From Candidatus Poribacteria bacterium (GTDB taxonomy: Bacteria; Poribacteria; WGA-4E; PCPOR2b): DNA of 64,000 nt. Positions 39,126 through 49,547 of the stretch are shown here, one piece after another. The first letter of the stretch is position 1. Each line of letters starts with the position of its first letter. Where the stretch lies: contig OZ240245.1 of NCBI GenBank assembly GCA_965198175.1, positions 4,256,001 through 4,320,000 of the forward strand. The letters run 5' to 3'. The position numbers and the translations under genes were made by a program. The notes beneath the pieces are model-generated. The model did not search any database. It was given only the letters and a program-made list of their open reading frames with translations, and was not told where the DNA came from.

Positions 39126-41981
39126 ATGAATAAATCTAAACTCACCTGGATCGGGATATTGGTAATATCCGCTTGGATTCACGCAGGGGGGGTATCGGCG
39201 TTCGGAGATAACACGGAGAAATGGCAGAAAAGTTTGGAGAAAGACTACGCCGAAATCTTGAACGCAGCCCATAAGAAATTGGAGCGCCATCGCGGCTTAG
39301 TCAACAAATGGCGTGAGAAGGAACATCTCCCAGACCTCATCCGTCTTTACGAGGCAGATACCACCGCTGAAGGCGCAGACGCCGATGTGTATTATGGATT
39401 GGGTTATGCCTACGCGATTCAAGGTGGTGACGGTGCTCTTGAAAAAGCCGAAACGCAATTTCAACGTGCCATTGCCCTCCAAGCGGATTTACCTCTAGCA
39501 CACTATAGCCTAGGTGGAGTCTACCAACAACAAGGGAAATACGAACAGGCGCTCCAGGAAATGGAAACATGCATCCGATTGTTCCCCCAAAATCTTCCAG
39601 CCTACTATAAGCAGGGCGAAATTTATCTTCAGCAAGACAGACTCGATGAAGCGTTCAAATCATTTAAGATGGTACTAGGAATCAAACCCAACTGGGTTTA
39701 TGCCCACCACGGGCTGGGATCGGTCTACCTCAAACGAGGAGAGTTGAACGCTGCAAGAGCAACTTTTGAGAAAGCCATCCGTCGCAACGAGAAATTTGCC
39801 CCGGCATATTTCAAACTCGGGCAGGTGCTCGCTAGCGAAAATCGCTTTGAGGAGGCGTTGAAGGCGTACAAGGACGCCGCCAAGCATCAAGATTACACGG
39901 CGGAAGTTTTGTACGAACTCGGCGTGATTTTCGCGCAAAAGGGCAACCCAGACGGTGCAATCAATCTATATCGTCGCGCGATTGCGATTGACCCAAACTA
40001 CGCGCCGGCTCACCTTCAGCTTGGCGACATCTACTACATCAATAATCAGCATGACCTCGCATTGGAACACTATAAACGGGCGATCGATGCCGATCCGGCG
40101 ACCAAAGATTACTTCATTAAGCGGCTCGCGCCATATCATGCGGGGGAAATGGCAATCAATGAGGCGAAATCGTTGCTGGATCGAACGTTGGCTCTGAATC
40201 CAGACGATCCGCGCGGGTATTTCTATTACGCCCAGATCGAGGTTGACGCTGGAAACCCAACCGCTGCAATCCAACACTACGAAAAAACGATTGAAATCAT
40301 TGAGGCGGATATAGCGCACCTGGAAACAGAGTTGCCGGCAGGTGATTTTCTCGACGCCTATCTGTCATTGGGAAATCTTTACTACCAAGCTGGAAACCAC
40401 CAGAGTGCGGCTACGGCATATCGACGCGCAATAGAACTAGCCCCGGAGCGAGAACGACATTTCTTTGATCAGGGCAAAACCGCTTACGACGCCGAGCAGT
40501 TCGATCAGGCAATCGAACCGCTCAACAAATTCCTCCTCATATATCCAGAAGACATCGAAGCGACCTACATTCTGGGACGCAGCTACGAGGCGAAGGGAGA
40601 TCTAGATAACGCGCTGCGGCGTTACACCCAAACGATTCAACTGGACCCGCATTATCAGGATGTCTTGATGAGATCTGCGCAGATTTATCGGAAACAGACC
40701 AACCCGCAAAGCGCGTTGGTCACACTGGAGAAACTAATCGCCATCGATCCAACAAACGTCGATGCACTTTATCTGTCGGGCTTGACGCACATTCAGTTGA
40801 ATCGCCCTGATGACGCTCTCGTCGCCTTTCTAGAAACGGTGCGTCTAGATCCAAATCACGTTGACGCACACTACCAAGGGGCAATGCTGTATGAGCAAAA
40901 GGGCGATATCGACAATACGGTGAATCTGTATGAAAGGACAATCCAGCTCGATGCATCAAGAGCAGATGCACTCCTGCGCGTCGGGGCAATCTATCTTCAA
41001 CGGGGCGATGTGGATAATGTCGTCCGCGTCTATGAACGGGGACTGGTAATCGAACCCAATCACCCACTGGCGCAATACGACCTCGCCGCCATCTTTGAAG
41101 AGCGAGCGGAAGTTGAAAAAGCGATTGTGCACTTTGGGCTTGCCAACCAACACGACGACAGCCGCTACGATTGGCATTATCGCTACGCCCGCCTGCTGGA
41201 TCGCCACGTCCGTACCTTAGAGGATTATGACAAATACGCGGGAATGGCGGTCGAAGAGTATAGCAGGACGATTGCGCTTAAATCCGATTACGCACCGGCT
41301 TACTTTCATCGTGGGCTGATTGCCCGCCGATACAAACAGATTGGGGACGAGCTCTTTCGTTACAGCCAGATCGCGGAAGACTTCAAAAAGGTAATCGCCC
41401 TCGAACCGAAGAACGCTGATGCCCACTACTATCTCGGCATGACCTACCTGGACCTCGATCAACGTGACAAAGCCAAAGAGGTTTTCCAAATAACCCGCGA
41501 ACTCAATCCGAAATATAAGGACGTGTCCTTCCAGCTTGGGGGAATTACAGAGTCGGAACACAAATACAAGGAAGCCATCCAGCACTACGAAGCGGAGGTC
41601 GCTATCAATCCTAAGTCCGTCAAAACCTATCAACGGCTCGGCGATCTCTACGGTGCTTATGTGCTGGATTTCGGGCGCGCCAAAGACACTTTGGAGAAAG
41701 CGCTCGAATTAGAACCCGACCATGCGGCGACGCTTCTCAACTACGGAAATACCCTCTATCACTTGAATCAACTCGGCTCAGCGACAGAGCAATTTGAACG
41801 CTTGGTTCAGTTGGACCCCAAAGACCCCAGCGCAAACTACAATCTCGCCTTAATGTATGAGTACACCGGCAAAACCCAACAAGCCATTGATCGATGGAAA
41901 AAGTTCCTCAAGCTTAATCCCCCCTCGGAATGGAAAACAGAGGCAGAAGGGCGATTACAACAACTCGGCGCGAAGCCGTAA
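39126..41981 (+). CDS. Large tetratricopeptide-repeat protein with signal peptide
   Basis: Many 34-aa A.Y.LG..Y...G....A...Y..AI..DP repeats. Confidence 0.92.
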   Translation: MNKSKLTWIGILVISAWIHAGGVSAFGDNTEKWQKSLEKDYAEILNAAHKKLERHRGLVNKWREKEHLPDLIRLYEADTTAEGADADVYYGLGYAYAIQGGDGALEKAETQFQRAIALQADLPLAHYSLGGVYQQQGKYEQALQEMETCIRLFPQNLPAYYKQGEIYLQQDRLDEAFKSFKMVLGIKPNWVYAHHGLGSVYLKRGELNAARATFEKAIRRNEKFAPAYFKLGQVLASENRFEEALKAYKDAAKHQDYTAEVLYELGVIFAQKGNPDGAINLYRRAIAIDPNYAPAHLQLGDIYYINNQHDLALEHYKRAIDADPATKDYFIKRLAPYHAGEMAINEAKSLLDRTLALNPDDPRGYFYYAQIEVDAGNPTAAIQHYEKTIEIIEADIAHLETELPAGDFLDAYLSLGNLYYQAGNHQSAATAYRRAIELAPERERHFFDQGKTAYDAEQFDQAIEPLNKFLLIYPEDIEATYILGRSYEAKGDLDNALRRYTQTIQLDPHYQDVLMRSAQIYRKQTNPQSALVTLEKLIAIDPTNVDALYLSGLTHIQLNRPDDALVAFLETVRLDPNHVDAHYQGAMLYEQKGDIDNTVNLYERTIQLDASRADALLRVGAIYLQRGDVDNVVRVYERGLVIEPNHPLAQYDLAAIFEERAEVEKAIVHFGLANQHDDSRYDWHYRYARLLDRHVRTLEDYDKYAGMAVEEYSRTIALKSDYAPAYFHRGLIARRYKQIGDELFRYSQIAEDFKKVIALEPKNADAHYYLGMTYLDLDQRDKAKEVFQITRELNPKYKDVSFQLGGITESEHKYKEAIQHYEAEVAINPKSVKTYQRLGDLYGAYVLDFGRAKDTLEKALELEPDHAATLLNYGNTLYHLNQLGSATEQFERLVQLDPKDPSANYNLALMYEYTGKTQQAIDRWKKFLKLNPPSEWKTEAEGRLQQLGAKP

Positions 41982-42023
41982 CCCCGATCTCGAATCGACA
42001 TATTGGCTAAACGGTTAGCAGCG

Positions 42024-42824
42024 ATGAAAATGACAGCTCGTGAAATCCACAACGGACTTCGAACCCAAATCCTCGGGCGTGAGATTGAGAGTTGCGATCG
42101 GATTGAATCGACAAACGATCTCGCACGAAAGCGCGGCATCGACGGTGCGCCGGAGGGAACGCTAATCCTCGCCGAAAGCCAAATCGCCGGTCGCGGACGA
42201 CACGGCAGACGATGGCATGCCCCGCCCGGATCGAGTATCCTCGCATCGCTCATTCTTCGTCATCGGCTGTTGGCGAACCAAATTGGATTACCCAGCATCG
42301 TTGGCGCCGTCGCAATTGCCACGGCAATCCACGAACTGACAAATCTCGCTGCGAAAATCCGCTGGCCCAATGATGTACTTATCCGCGGGAAAAAAGTGAG
42401 CGGTATCTTGACTGAATTGGAATACGATCGGGATCGGCAACCATTTTTGGTCGTGGGATTCGGCGTCAATGTCAACACGTTACTGACCGAGTTCCCGCAG
42501 GATTTACAGATGTCCGCCACATCCTTACGCATCGAAGAAGGGCGGACGTTCTCCCGCGTTGCTCTGACCCAGACCATCTTGCATCAACTGGAAGAGTGCT
42601 ACCTGCACCTAAAAAGCCGCGAAGTTGCGTCAATTGTTGAGAGGGCAAACACGCTCTCAACCACGCTTGGGCGTTGGGTGCAGGTTCAGACAGCAGGTAA
42701 GATTGTCGATGGCAGAGACGAGGGAATCGATCGTGATGGAGGGCTACTGCTGCGAGATGAATCCGGAGGTGTCCATAAGTTTCTGATCGGGGAGGTCGTG
42801 CGTACGAAAGAATGCCCGTCATGA
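42024..42824 (+). CDS. birA: Biotin-[acetyl-CoA carboxylase] ligase (no HTH)
   Basis: STND, Q..GRGR.GR.W, WPND, KKV.GIL.E, G.G.NVN. Confidence 0.92.
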   Translation: MKMTAREIHNGLRTQILGREIESCDRIESTNDLARKRGIDGAPEGTLILAESQIAGRGRHGRRWHAPPGSSILASLILRHRLLANQIGLPSIVGAVAIATAIHELTNLAAKIRWPNDVLIRGKKVSGILTELEYDRDRQPFLVVGFGVNVNTLLTEFPQDLQMSATSLRIEEGRTFSRVALTQTILHQLEECYLHLKSREVASIVERANTLSTTLGRWVQVQTAGKIVDGRDEGIDRDGGLLLRDESGGVHKFLIGEVVRTKECPS

Positions 42825-42869
42825 GTATAAGGAGGTCAATTTCAGTCATGACAAAAGCACCTGACGGTT

Positions 42870-43892
42870 TCACTTTGCCTTGACCTCGGTCCAAGCCCGA
42901 TCGTAATTACGAGTGAAATCTCCAAGATCTCTTATCGATTCAAGCTTGTTTAACACATCTTCGGCGGGATAAATGCCCGGATGATTACGCAGCGTTTCAG
43001 GCAGGTAATTTCGCGCCGCCGGCACGCAGGTTCCATATTTCGTAAATTCCGTAACCTTCGCGTTAATCTCCGGACGAAGAAGATAGCTGATAAACTGGGC
43101 TGCAATCGCTTTGTGCGGCGCTGATGCTGGGATGCAGACCGTATCAATGAACTGTGTTGCGCCTTCTTTGGGAATCACATACTTGATGCTAGGGCGACGC
43201 GCGGCAGCCCGGAAGGCGTCGCCGCTCCAACAGTGCGCCATCACCACATCGCCAGAGCCCAGTATCTCATCCGCCTCGTTCTTATACTGTTTGACCAACG
43301 GTTTCTGCTCAATTAACTTCGCTTTCGCTGCCGTGAGCGCATTTAAATCGGTGCTGTTGACCGAATGTCCCAACAGTTTTAGCGCAGCACCGATCGATTC
43401 ACGCTGATCATCCAGCATGCTGAACTTACCACTGTACCGCTTATCCCACAGGGTAGACAGGCTATCGGGCGGCGGGTTTACAACGGACGAGTCGTAGCCG
43501 ATGCCCGCTGTACCCCACGTGTAAGGGATGGAATACCGATTTTCCGGATCGAAATCCCGACCCAGAAACCGGGCGCCGATGTTTTTAAAATTCGGGATGT
43601 TGGACATATCCAGAGCCGCTAACACGTTCTCTTTGATCATAATCGCGACCATATAGTCCGATGGCATAATAATATCGTAGCCGGACGCACCCGACTTTAA
43701 TTTAGCCAGCAAGTCCTCATTGCTCGCGAACACATCCACAACGACACGGACGCCGAATTCTTTCTCGAAACCAGCTCTAATCTCATCGCCGACGTAATTT
43801 GCCCAAGTGAAGACATGTAACCGTTTCTTATCGTCCCCACAACTGACGATAAGGACGGCGAGGACTATACCCAGCAGCATCTTTTTCAACAT
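42870..43892 (-). CDS. potD: Spermidine/putrescine ABC substrate-binding lipoprotein
   Basis: Lipobox LIVSC; SNE.L.AKL, YDII.PSDYM, PYTWGT.GI, WSGDA, PKEG. Confidence 0.88.
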   Translation of the reverse strand: MLKKMLLGIVLAVLIVSCGDDKKRLHVFTWANYVGDEIRAGFEKEFGVRVVVDVFASNEDLLAKLKSGASGYDIIMPSDYMVAIMIKENVLAALDMSNIPNFKNIGARFLGRDFDPENRYSIPYTWGTAGIGYDSSVVNPPPDSLSTLWDKRYSGKFSMLDDQRESIGAALKLLGHSVNSTDLNALTAAKAKLIEQKPLVKQYKNEADEILGSGDVVMAHCWSGDAFRAAARRPSIKYVIPKEGATQFIDTVCIPASAPHKAIAAQFISYLLRPEINAKVTEFTKYGTCVPAARNYLPETLRNHPGIYPAEDVLNKLESIRDLGDFTRNYDRAWTEVKAK

Positions 43893-43974
43893 CCGTAACT
43901 CCTTTGCCCGCACAGAAATATTCTGTGGTTCTTGTTATCCCATCCGAAAAATACCGTTGCCTTCCGCTACAATC

Positions 43975-44367
43975 TTATGATATACTCGTTACACACTCTT
44001 CAATATCTTCAATCGGCAACCCTGCAGATTTCCAACCTCGGAATCCTCCGGTCAACACACACGCATTCTCATATCCCATAATCTGTAGCGTATGTGCCGA
44101 CAGAGAGCCGCGAGTTTCGCCGCCGCAATATGTAACAACCTTCGTATCTTGGTCAAGAACAATCTCATCAATATCGAGTTCAATCGCAGCGCGTGGAAGT
44201 GAAATCGCGCCGGGAAGATGGCCCGCTAGGTACAGATCTTTATCGCGAACATCCAAAATAACAATCGGTTCATCGCTTTCGATAGCAGTCTTGAGTTCCT
44301 CATCGGAGACGCGCCCGATGTTCGCCTTAGCTTCCGCAACAAGTTGTTCCAACGTTTTTCCGCGCAT
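43975..44367 (-). CDS. Single-domain rhodanese
   Basis: LDVRD, GHLPGA, YCGGETRG active loop, L.GG..GW. Confidence 0.9.
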   Translation of the reverse strand: MRGKTLEQLVAEAKANIGRVSDEELKTAIESDEPIVILDVRDKDLYLAGHLPGAISLPRAAIELDIDEIVLDQDTKVVTYCGGETRGSLSAHTLQIMGYENACVLTGGFRGWKSAGLPIEDIEECVTSIS

Positions 44368-44410
44368 AAGTCTTATCTCCATAATGATGTTTGAGTGACG
44401 CAATTGCAGA

Positions 44411-44439
44411 ATTTTAACACAGTTTTCCAACCCCGTCAA
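44411..44439 (-). promoter_or_regulatory. sigma70-type promoter for rhodanese-potD
   Basis: Minus strand TTGACG-N17-TAAAAT. Confidence 0.65.
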
Positions 44440-44491
44440 GTGGCGTTAAGCAGTTCAGAGCATGTGAAGGTTCAACGAGAGAGGTCGAATC

Positions 44492-44947
44492 GTGCAACTG
44501 CTTCAACAATCCGTCGGTTCGGTTATCGCTGAAGGGCGAATAGGCAGCCCGGTGTTCTTACGGTGTATAGTGCAGATGCCGCTCGCCGACACAAATATTG
44601 TGAGCGGGATGGCGGCGCTGGTCGCAGTTGCAAATACTTGGATGCCGTCCCCACCGGAACGAATCTACGCGCCCAAGCAAACAGATTCAACACAGATCAC
44701 GGCGATGGTTCAATATGCCGGCGGACAGACTGCGATGCTCAGCGTCAATCGTATCCAGGAGGTTCAAGAAGCTTCCGTGAACCTTTTACTAATTGGAAAT
44801 AAGGGCGTCATCTGCCATGAGTCGCCCGTTGAACGACATCGCCGGATGCAGTCGCCTATCGAACTCAGCGGTGGTGAGGAGCTGATGGATTTGATAGAGG
44901 CGGCGTTCAAAACCGGAACCCCCCTAGAATTCAACAAGCTCCTGTAG
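44492..44947 (+). CDS. Stand-alone Gfo/Idh/MocA C-terminal-like domain protein
   Basis: GTG start after GAGG; IAEGRIG.PVF.R, Y.GG..A, LLIG.KG pattern; no Rossmann domain. Confidence 0.6.
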   Translation: MQLLQQSVGSVIAEGRIGSPVFLRCIVQMPLADTNIVSGMAALVAVANTWMPSPPERIYAPKQTDSTQITAMVQYAGGQTAMLSVNRIQEVQEASVNLLLIGNKGVICHESPVERHRRMQSPIELSGGEELMDLIEAAFKTGTPLEFNKLL

Positions 44948-45565
44948 GTTGGGTAGAGTGGTCTCGGTAAGACATACCAAATTAGATGTATGAGTTGCGA
45001 CAGTGAATGCTGTCTAAAGCTCGTTAGGATGTAGCGAAACCCAACGCTTTTTTACCTTTCATTCTTACGGTGCCGAGCATTGTCTGTTTGGCGTGTGGAT
45101 GTGACTATTTGTTCCACAACACTTAGACTTGTTGCGTTTCGACGTTGGCTAAACTCAATCTACAAATGCTGAAGTCTCACCGAATCGCCAATACGAGTTC
45201 AGAACCGTAGGAGGGGCTTCCTAGCCCCGACAATCAGATCACATGCTCCCCCTTGCCAAGGGTGAGTTAACTCTTGTAGGTTGGGTGGAGCGATCAACCG
45301 AACGAATAGTGAGGGCGATAGTTTTATCCGAAACCCAACGCTTTTTTACCTCCCATTGTGAGGGCGGCGAACGTCCCGTGTACGGCGTTTCTAATCTCCG
45401 ATTTGTTCGACACTATTTAGAAGCTACAACGGCTCCGCTAAAGCAAATCCCTTAAAGCCAAATTACGTCCACATAGGTAACAATAGTCTTGCGCTCCAGC
45501 GGAGCGCAATGTTTATAGCAGGCGTGAAATTTCTAGCCTTCTGCTCCAGCGGAGCAGAATGTGGC
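44943..45565. repeat. Mosaic cluster of GTAG-type REP-like palindromes
   Basis: GTAGGTTGGG...GAAACCCAACG twice, GTAGGAGGGGCTTCCTAGCCCC, and GCTCCAGCGGAGC hairpins twice; the same units recur at 54.3-55.1, 58.5-58.8 and 59.5 kb. Confidence 0.8.
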
Positions 45566-45612
45566 TTTGGGCGAGCCAACCGCTCTAAACCAATCTGAAG
45601 GTCTATGAGAAA

Positions 45613-46746
45613 ATGCCGAACCAAGACAAATATGGCGTATTACTCCTCGGCGGACTACGGACACATCAAGAAAATTACGCACAAGGCTTTGCGGCAGATC
45701 CACGCTGCCGCCTAATCGCAGTTTCTGATGAAACTGACGCCCCGCCGGAACGCATCAATCTCAATCGGGGTCTCGCGGAAGAATTGGAGATCCCATACCT
45801 CCCGGTTCTAGACGAGGCGTTGGCGCGCGACGATGTCCACATCGTCAGCGTATGCGTCGAAACTGAACGGCGCGGACGGGTCGCCATCCGCTGCGCTGAG
45901 GCAGGAAAACACCTCTACTTGGATAAACCGTTGGCAAAAACAGTTGAAGACGCGCAGGCGATAGTCCGGGCAATCCAGAGTGCCGGCGTCCGGAGCCAGA
46001 TGTTTAGTAACGTCTACAGCCGCTGGGCGGGTGCCGTGCGGCGTGCACTTGAAGACGATGAAATCGGCGAGCTCCGCGCCATCCACTGTGACGTCCTATT
46101 CGGCAAAGGTCACGCGGGCACCGCAGCAGTCGGTCATAAACGAAGTGAAAAGCCAACCGTGGAGCGTTACACCTTCGTCGAGGCGAAGCGCGAGATGTTC
46201 GATATCGGCGTCTATGCGGTGACAATGGTGAATTGGCTCAGTCGAAAACCGGTCAAAACCGTTTTCGGAACCACCGCCAACTACTTCTTCAAGGAACATC
46301 TATCCTGCAGAATCGAGGATCTCGGTGCGCTGGTGCTAACGCTCGACGGCGGCGTCACAGCCACAATCTCAGGCGGTAGAATCGGCTGGATGAGCCGCGG
46401 CGTGCAGTGCCTGCATCTGGTCGGGACTCGCGGCGTGCTAACATTCGACGCTTGGCAGCCGCGGCTCGAAATTTTTGCGGATGAGCCGCCCTTCCAACCG
46501 CCGCCGCCCCCTCCCTTGGATCCCATGAGCATGTGGCGCAGCACTCAGGTTAAATCCCAACCCAAACGCCCGTGGGTCCCCATCGCTGGAGAGGGCACCC
46601 AGCATTACGATATGCGTGCGTTCGTCGATTGTATCGAAGCCGGGATAGAAAGCGAGATGAACGCGGAGTTGGCAGCGCAGTCCATCGCCGTCATTGCCGC
46701 GGGCTATCGTTCCGCAGCCAGTGGGCAGGTCGTTTCAATTTCCTGA
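45613..46746 (+). CDS. Gfo/Idh/MocA family oxidoreductase
   Basis: AGKHLYLDKPLA, IGELRAI, EDLG, GTRG. Confidence 0.88.
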   Translation: MPNQDKYGVLLLGGLRTHQENYAQGFAADPRCRLIAVSDETDAPPERINLNRGLAEELEIPYLPVLDEALARDDVHIVSVCVETERRGRVAIRCAEAGKHLYLDKPLAKTVEDAQAIVRAIQSAGVRSQMFSNVYSRWAGAVRRALEDDEIGELRAIHCDVLFGKGHAGTAAVGHKRSEKPTVERYTFVEAKREMFDIGVYAVTMVNWLSRKPVKTVFGTTANYFFKEHLSCRIEDLGALVLTLDGGVTATISGGRIGWMSRGVQCLHLVGTRGVLTFDAWQPRLEIFADEPPFQPPPPPPLDPMSMWRSTQVKSQPKRPWVPIAGEGTQHYDMRAFVDCIEAGIESEMNAELAAQSIAVIAAGYRSAASGQVVSIS

Positions 46747-46832
46747 AATTTGATCGCCGAAATCCAGTAGGCGGATACCCCCATCCATATCGACAGCACA
46801 AACAAAGTTAACTATGAAATCGCATTTCGACG

Positions 46833-46861
46833 TTGACATTAGCAGATGGCAATGATATATT
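46833..46861 (+). promoter_or_regulatory. sigma70-type promoter upstream of the methyltransferase operon
   Basis: TTGACA-N17-TATATT. Confidence 0.65.
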
Positions 46862-47004
46862 TATCGCAAGACGCAATGCGGTATCATTCGGTGCGACTGC
46901 CTGCGACGACAACGAGGGTCGCTGTGCAAAAGGTCAGTCGCGTCAAAAGCGTGCGCCAAATTAGGCTAAGCGCCGTGATAACAAGCCATGAGAGGTGAAC
47001 ATCC

Positions 47005-47706
47005 ATGGAAGACGATAGTTCAATTCGCTCATGGGATAGAATTGCCGACGACTGGGCGCGGCATGTTGACACGAACGACTATTACAATGTGTTTCTGACG
47101 CCTGCTACGCTTGAGCGGCTTGGTGACGTGTCTGGCAAGAGGATTCTCGATCTGGGGTGTGGCGAGGGTGGTTATTGTCGTGTACTCAAGAAACGGGGAG
47201 CAGATGTCACTGGGATTGACGGCAGTGAAAAGTTAATCAACATTGCAAAGGCGCACTCAGACAGTTCAATTAAGTTTTTTGTGCGGAATGCCAATGATCT
47301 TGACGGAATCAAAGAAAACTCGTTTGAAATCGTCGTCGCTGCGATGAGTCTGATGAATGTAGAAGACTACGAAGGAAGTGTTTCTGAAGTGCGGCGCGTC
47401 CTCAATGAGGACGGTTATCTGCTGATGAGCATTCTTCACCCCTGTTTTTCAGATCACTTTACAAATCGCCAAGCCTACTTCGATCGACACGTCTGGCACG
47501 AACACATTACTCCCGATTTTAGTCATCCCGTACTGCAAACGCACAAACCGCTTTCGGACTTCATTAACCCGCTTGTTGACCTGGGGTTTCGATTGAAACG
47601 CTTTTATGAACCCGTTCCGACAGATGAGCAGATACAAGCCGCTCCCCGATTAAAAAAACTTTGTCAGATTCCGTTGTTTCTTTTCATGGAATGGAAGAAT
47701 CAGTAG
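47005..47706 (+). CDS. Class I SAM-dependent methyltransferase
   Basis: ILDLGCGEG, GIDGS, RVL...G, HPCF. Confidence 0.9.
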   Translation: MEDDSSIRSWDRIADDWARHVDTNDYYNVFLTPATLERLGDVSGKRILDLGCGEGGYCRVLKKRGADVTGIDGSEKLINIAKAHSDSSIKFFVRNANDLDGIKENSFEIVVAAMSLMNVEDYEGSVSEVRRVLNEDGYLLMSILHPCFSDHFTNRQAYFDRHVWHEHITPDFSHPVLQTHKPLSDFINPLVDLGFRLKRFYEPVPTDEQIQAAPRLKKLCQIPLFLFMEWKNQ

Positions 47707-47738
47707 GATTTTATGTCTTGTGGGAGGAGGATCAGAAG

Positions 47739-48188
47739 GTGCCAGATCAAGTCAATCGCGAAGTCGTTCTCATTATTCCGATGTTCCCAAATGTCGAGCT
47801 CGCGGCAGCACAAACCGCCTATAGCCTTGCCGAGATGATGGACTTTGACGAAAACGATATTGATGAGATTCAACTGGCGATTATCGAAACTTGCATCAAC
47901 GCCTTCGAGCACAGCAAAAGTGAGGACAAACGGGTCTCTATCAGATTTATCATGAGAGACAATGAGTTAGAGCTGAGAATTACGGATTCCGGCGTCGGCT
48001 TCCGGCTCGACCAAGCCAAGCCCGCAAGTAGCGGAGAGGTCGGCATAAAGAAACGCGGTTGGGGATTGGAGATTATCCGGAACATGATGGACGAAGTCAG
48101 TATCGAAAGCAGCGACAAGGGGACAACCATAACAATGATAAAGCGGAAAGTGTCTCCAATACGGAGTGAGGTGTTCTCCAACGCTTGA
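47739..48188 (+). CDS. Anti-sigma factor / Ser kinase (RsbW-like HATPase_c_2)
   Basis: E.C.NA.EH, D.G.GF, RGWGL..I..MMDEV, GT; GTG after GGAGG. Confidence 0.9.
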   Translation: MPDQVNREVVLIIPMFPNVELAAAQTAYSLAEMMDFDENDIDEIQLAIIETCINAFEHSKSEDKRVSIRFIMRDNELELRITDSGVGFRLDQAKPASSGEVGIKKRGWGLEIIRNMMDEVSIESSDKGTTITMIKRKVSPIRSEVFSNA

Positions 48189-48223
48189 AGAACGCCAGTG
48201 GAAGCACCATTGAGGTGAGGGTA

Positions 48224-48562
48224 ATGCGATTTAATCTTGTCACGCGAACTAAAGAGACCTACGCGGTAATCCAAACCGAGGGGTACTTGAACGGTCCCTC
48301 CGGTGAGAAACTTGCAGATACGGCGAAAGAACTCATCGCTGAAGGCTATACCAAACTTGTTATTGATCTTGAACAGACGCGGCTCATTAACAGCATCGGG
48401 ATTTCAATCATAATTGAAATTATTGAACTGATACACCAACAAGAGGGCGTCATACACTTCTGTAACTTGACGCCGGTGATTCAGCGGACGTTCAAAATCA
48501 TGGGGCTGGCTCAACACGCCGGAATCTTTCCAAATGAGGGCGCCGCAGTCGCCAATTTGTGA
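48224..48562 (+). CDS. STAS-domain anti-sigma factor antagonist (RsbV-like)
   Basis: VIDL....LINSIGI (phospho-Ser position), F.IMGL. Confidence 0.88.
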   Translation: MRFNLVTRTKETYAVIQTEGYLNGPSGEKLADTAKELIAEGYTKLVIDLEQTRLINSIGISIIIEIIELIHQQEGVIHFCNLTPVIQRTFKIMGLAQHAGIFPNEGAAVANL

Positions 48563-48614
48563 CACGACGTTCAATCCGTCCATCCGTCTAGTACACGCGA
48601 CGAGGACAAATCTG

Positions 48615-49547
48615 ATGCAGTTTCAGCACCCCGAAATCCCGCGCAGCGACGGTCAAGAAGGACGCCGTTTCTTGAGCCCCGCCGTGCTCGCACGCATCGG
48701 AAACCTAGAACTCATCGCCAAATCGGTTGTTGAAGGATTTATCTCAGGGCGGCACAAAAGCCCGTATCACGGGTTCAGCGTCGAGTTCGCCCAATATCGG
48801 GGATACATCCCCGGCGACGATATCAAACATCTCGACTGGAAGGTCTACGGACGCACCGACCGCTACTACATCAAGCAGTTCGCGGAGGAGACCAACCTCA
48901 ACTGTTACCTCCTCCTCGACACCAGCGAGTCCATGACCTACGGCTCCGGCGACCTCACGAAGCTGCAATACGCCAGCTACCTCATCGCTTCCATCGCGTA
49001 CTTCATGGTAAAGCAACGCGACGCCGTCGGATTCGCATACTTTGACGAAAAACTACACGAATTCATACCCGCTCGAAGTTCACCCGCCCGGCTCCACGAA
49101 ATCTTGGTGACGCTTGAACGCCTCAAAACCCATAAACTCACGCGCATCGGAGATTCCATCCACCGAATCGCCGATCGCTTGACCAAACGCGGGCTGGTCA
49201 TCCTCCTCTCCGACCTCTACGTCGACGACCCCGACGCGGTCGTGAGTGCCCTCCAACACTTCCGTTACGACGGACACGAGGTGATTGTGTTCCATATCCT
49301 AGACCATCAGGAGTTGGAGTTTGAGTTTGACCGCGTGACCCGGTTCGTCGATGCCGAGTCGGACGAGGAGCTTATCACAACCCCGCAGGCGATTCGTGAA
49401 AGCTACCGCCGCCGCCTGCACGAGTTCATCGGTCACTACAAGTCTGAATTGAACAGTTCTGACATTGACTACACCACAATCAACACCGCCACCCCCGTGG
49501 ATTACGCGCTGTCCGCATACCTCGCCAAACGGGAGGGGATGATGTGA
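48615..49547 (+). CDS. DUF58 (vWA-like, MoxR-associated) protein
   Basis: G.H.S...GFS.EF...R.Y.PGDD...LDWK, LLDTS.SM, LSD. Confidence 0.9.
   Translation: MQFQHPEIPRSDGQEGRRFLSPAVLARIGNLELIAKSVVEGFISGRHKSPYHGFSVEFAQYRGYIPGDDIKHLDWKVYGRTDRYYIKQFAEETNLNCYLLLDTSESMTYGSGDLTKLQYASYLIASIAYFMVKQRDAVGFAYFDEKLHEFIPARSSPARLHEILVTLERLKTHKLTRIGDSIHRIADRLTKRGLVILLSDLYVDDPDAVVSALQHFRYDGHEVIVFHILDHQELEFEFDRVTRFVDAESDEELITTPQAIRESYRRRLHEFIGHYKSELNSSDIDYTTINTATPVDYALSAYLAKREGMM

Noticed and set aside
43975..44367. Rhodanese as the dedicated sulfur donor for the Ssp system
   Set aside because: 5 kb away, on the opposite strand and co-transcribed with potD; nothing links it to the island.
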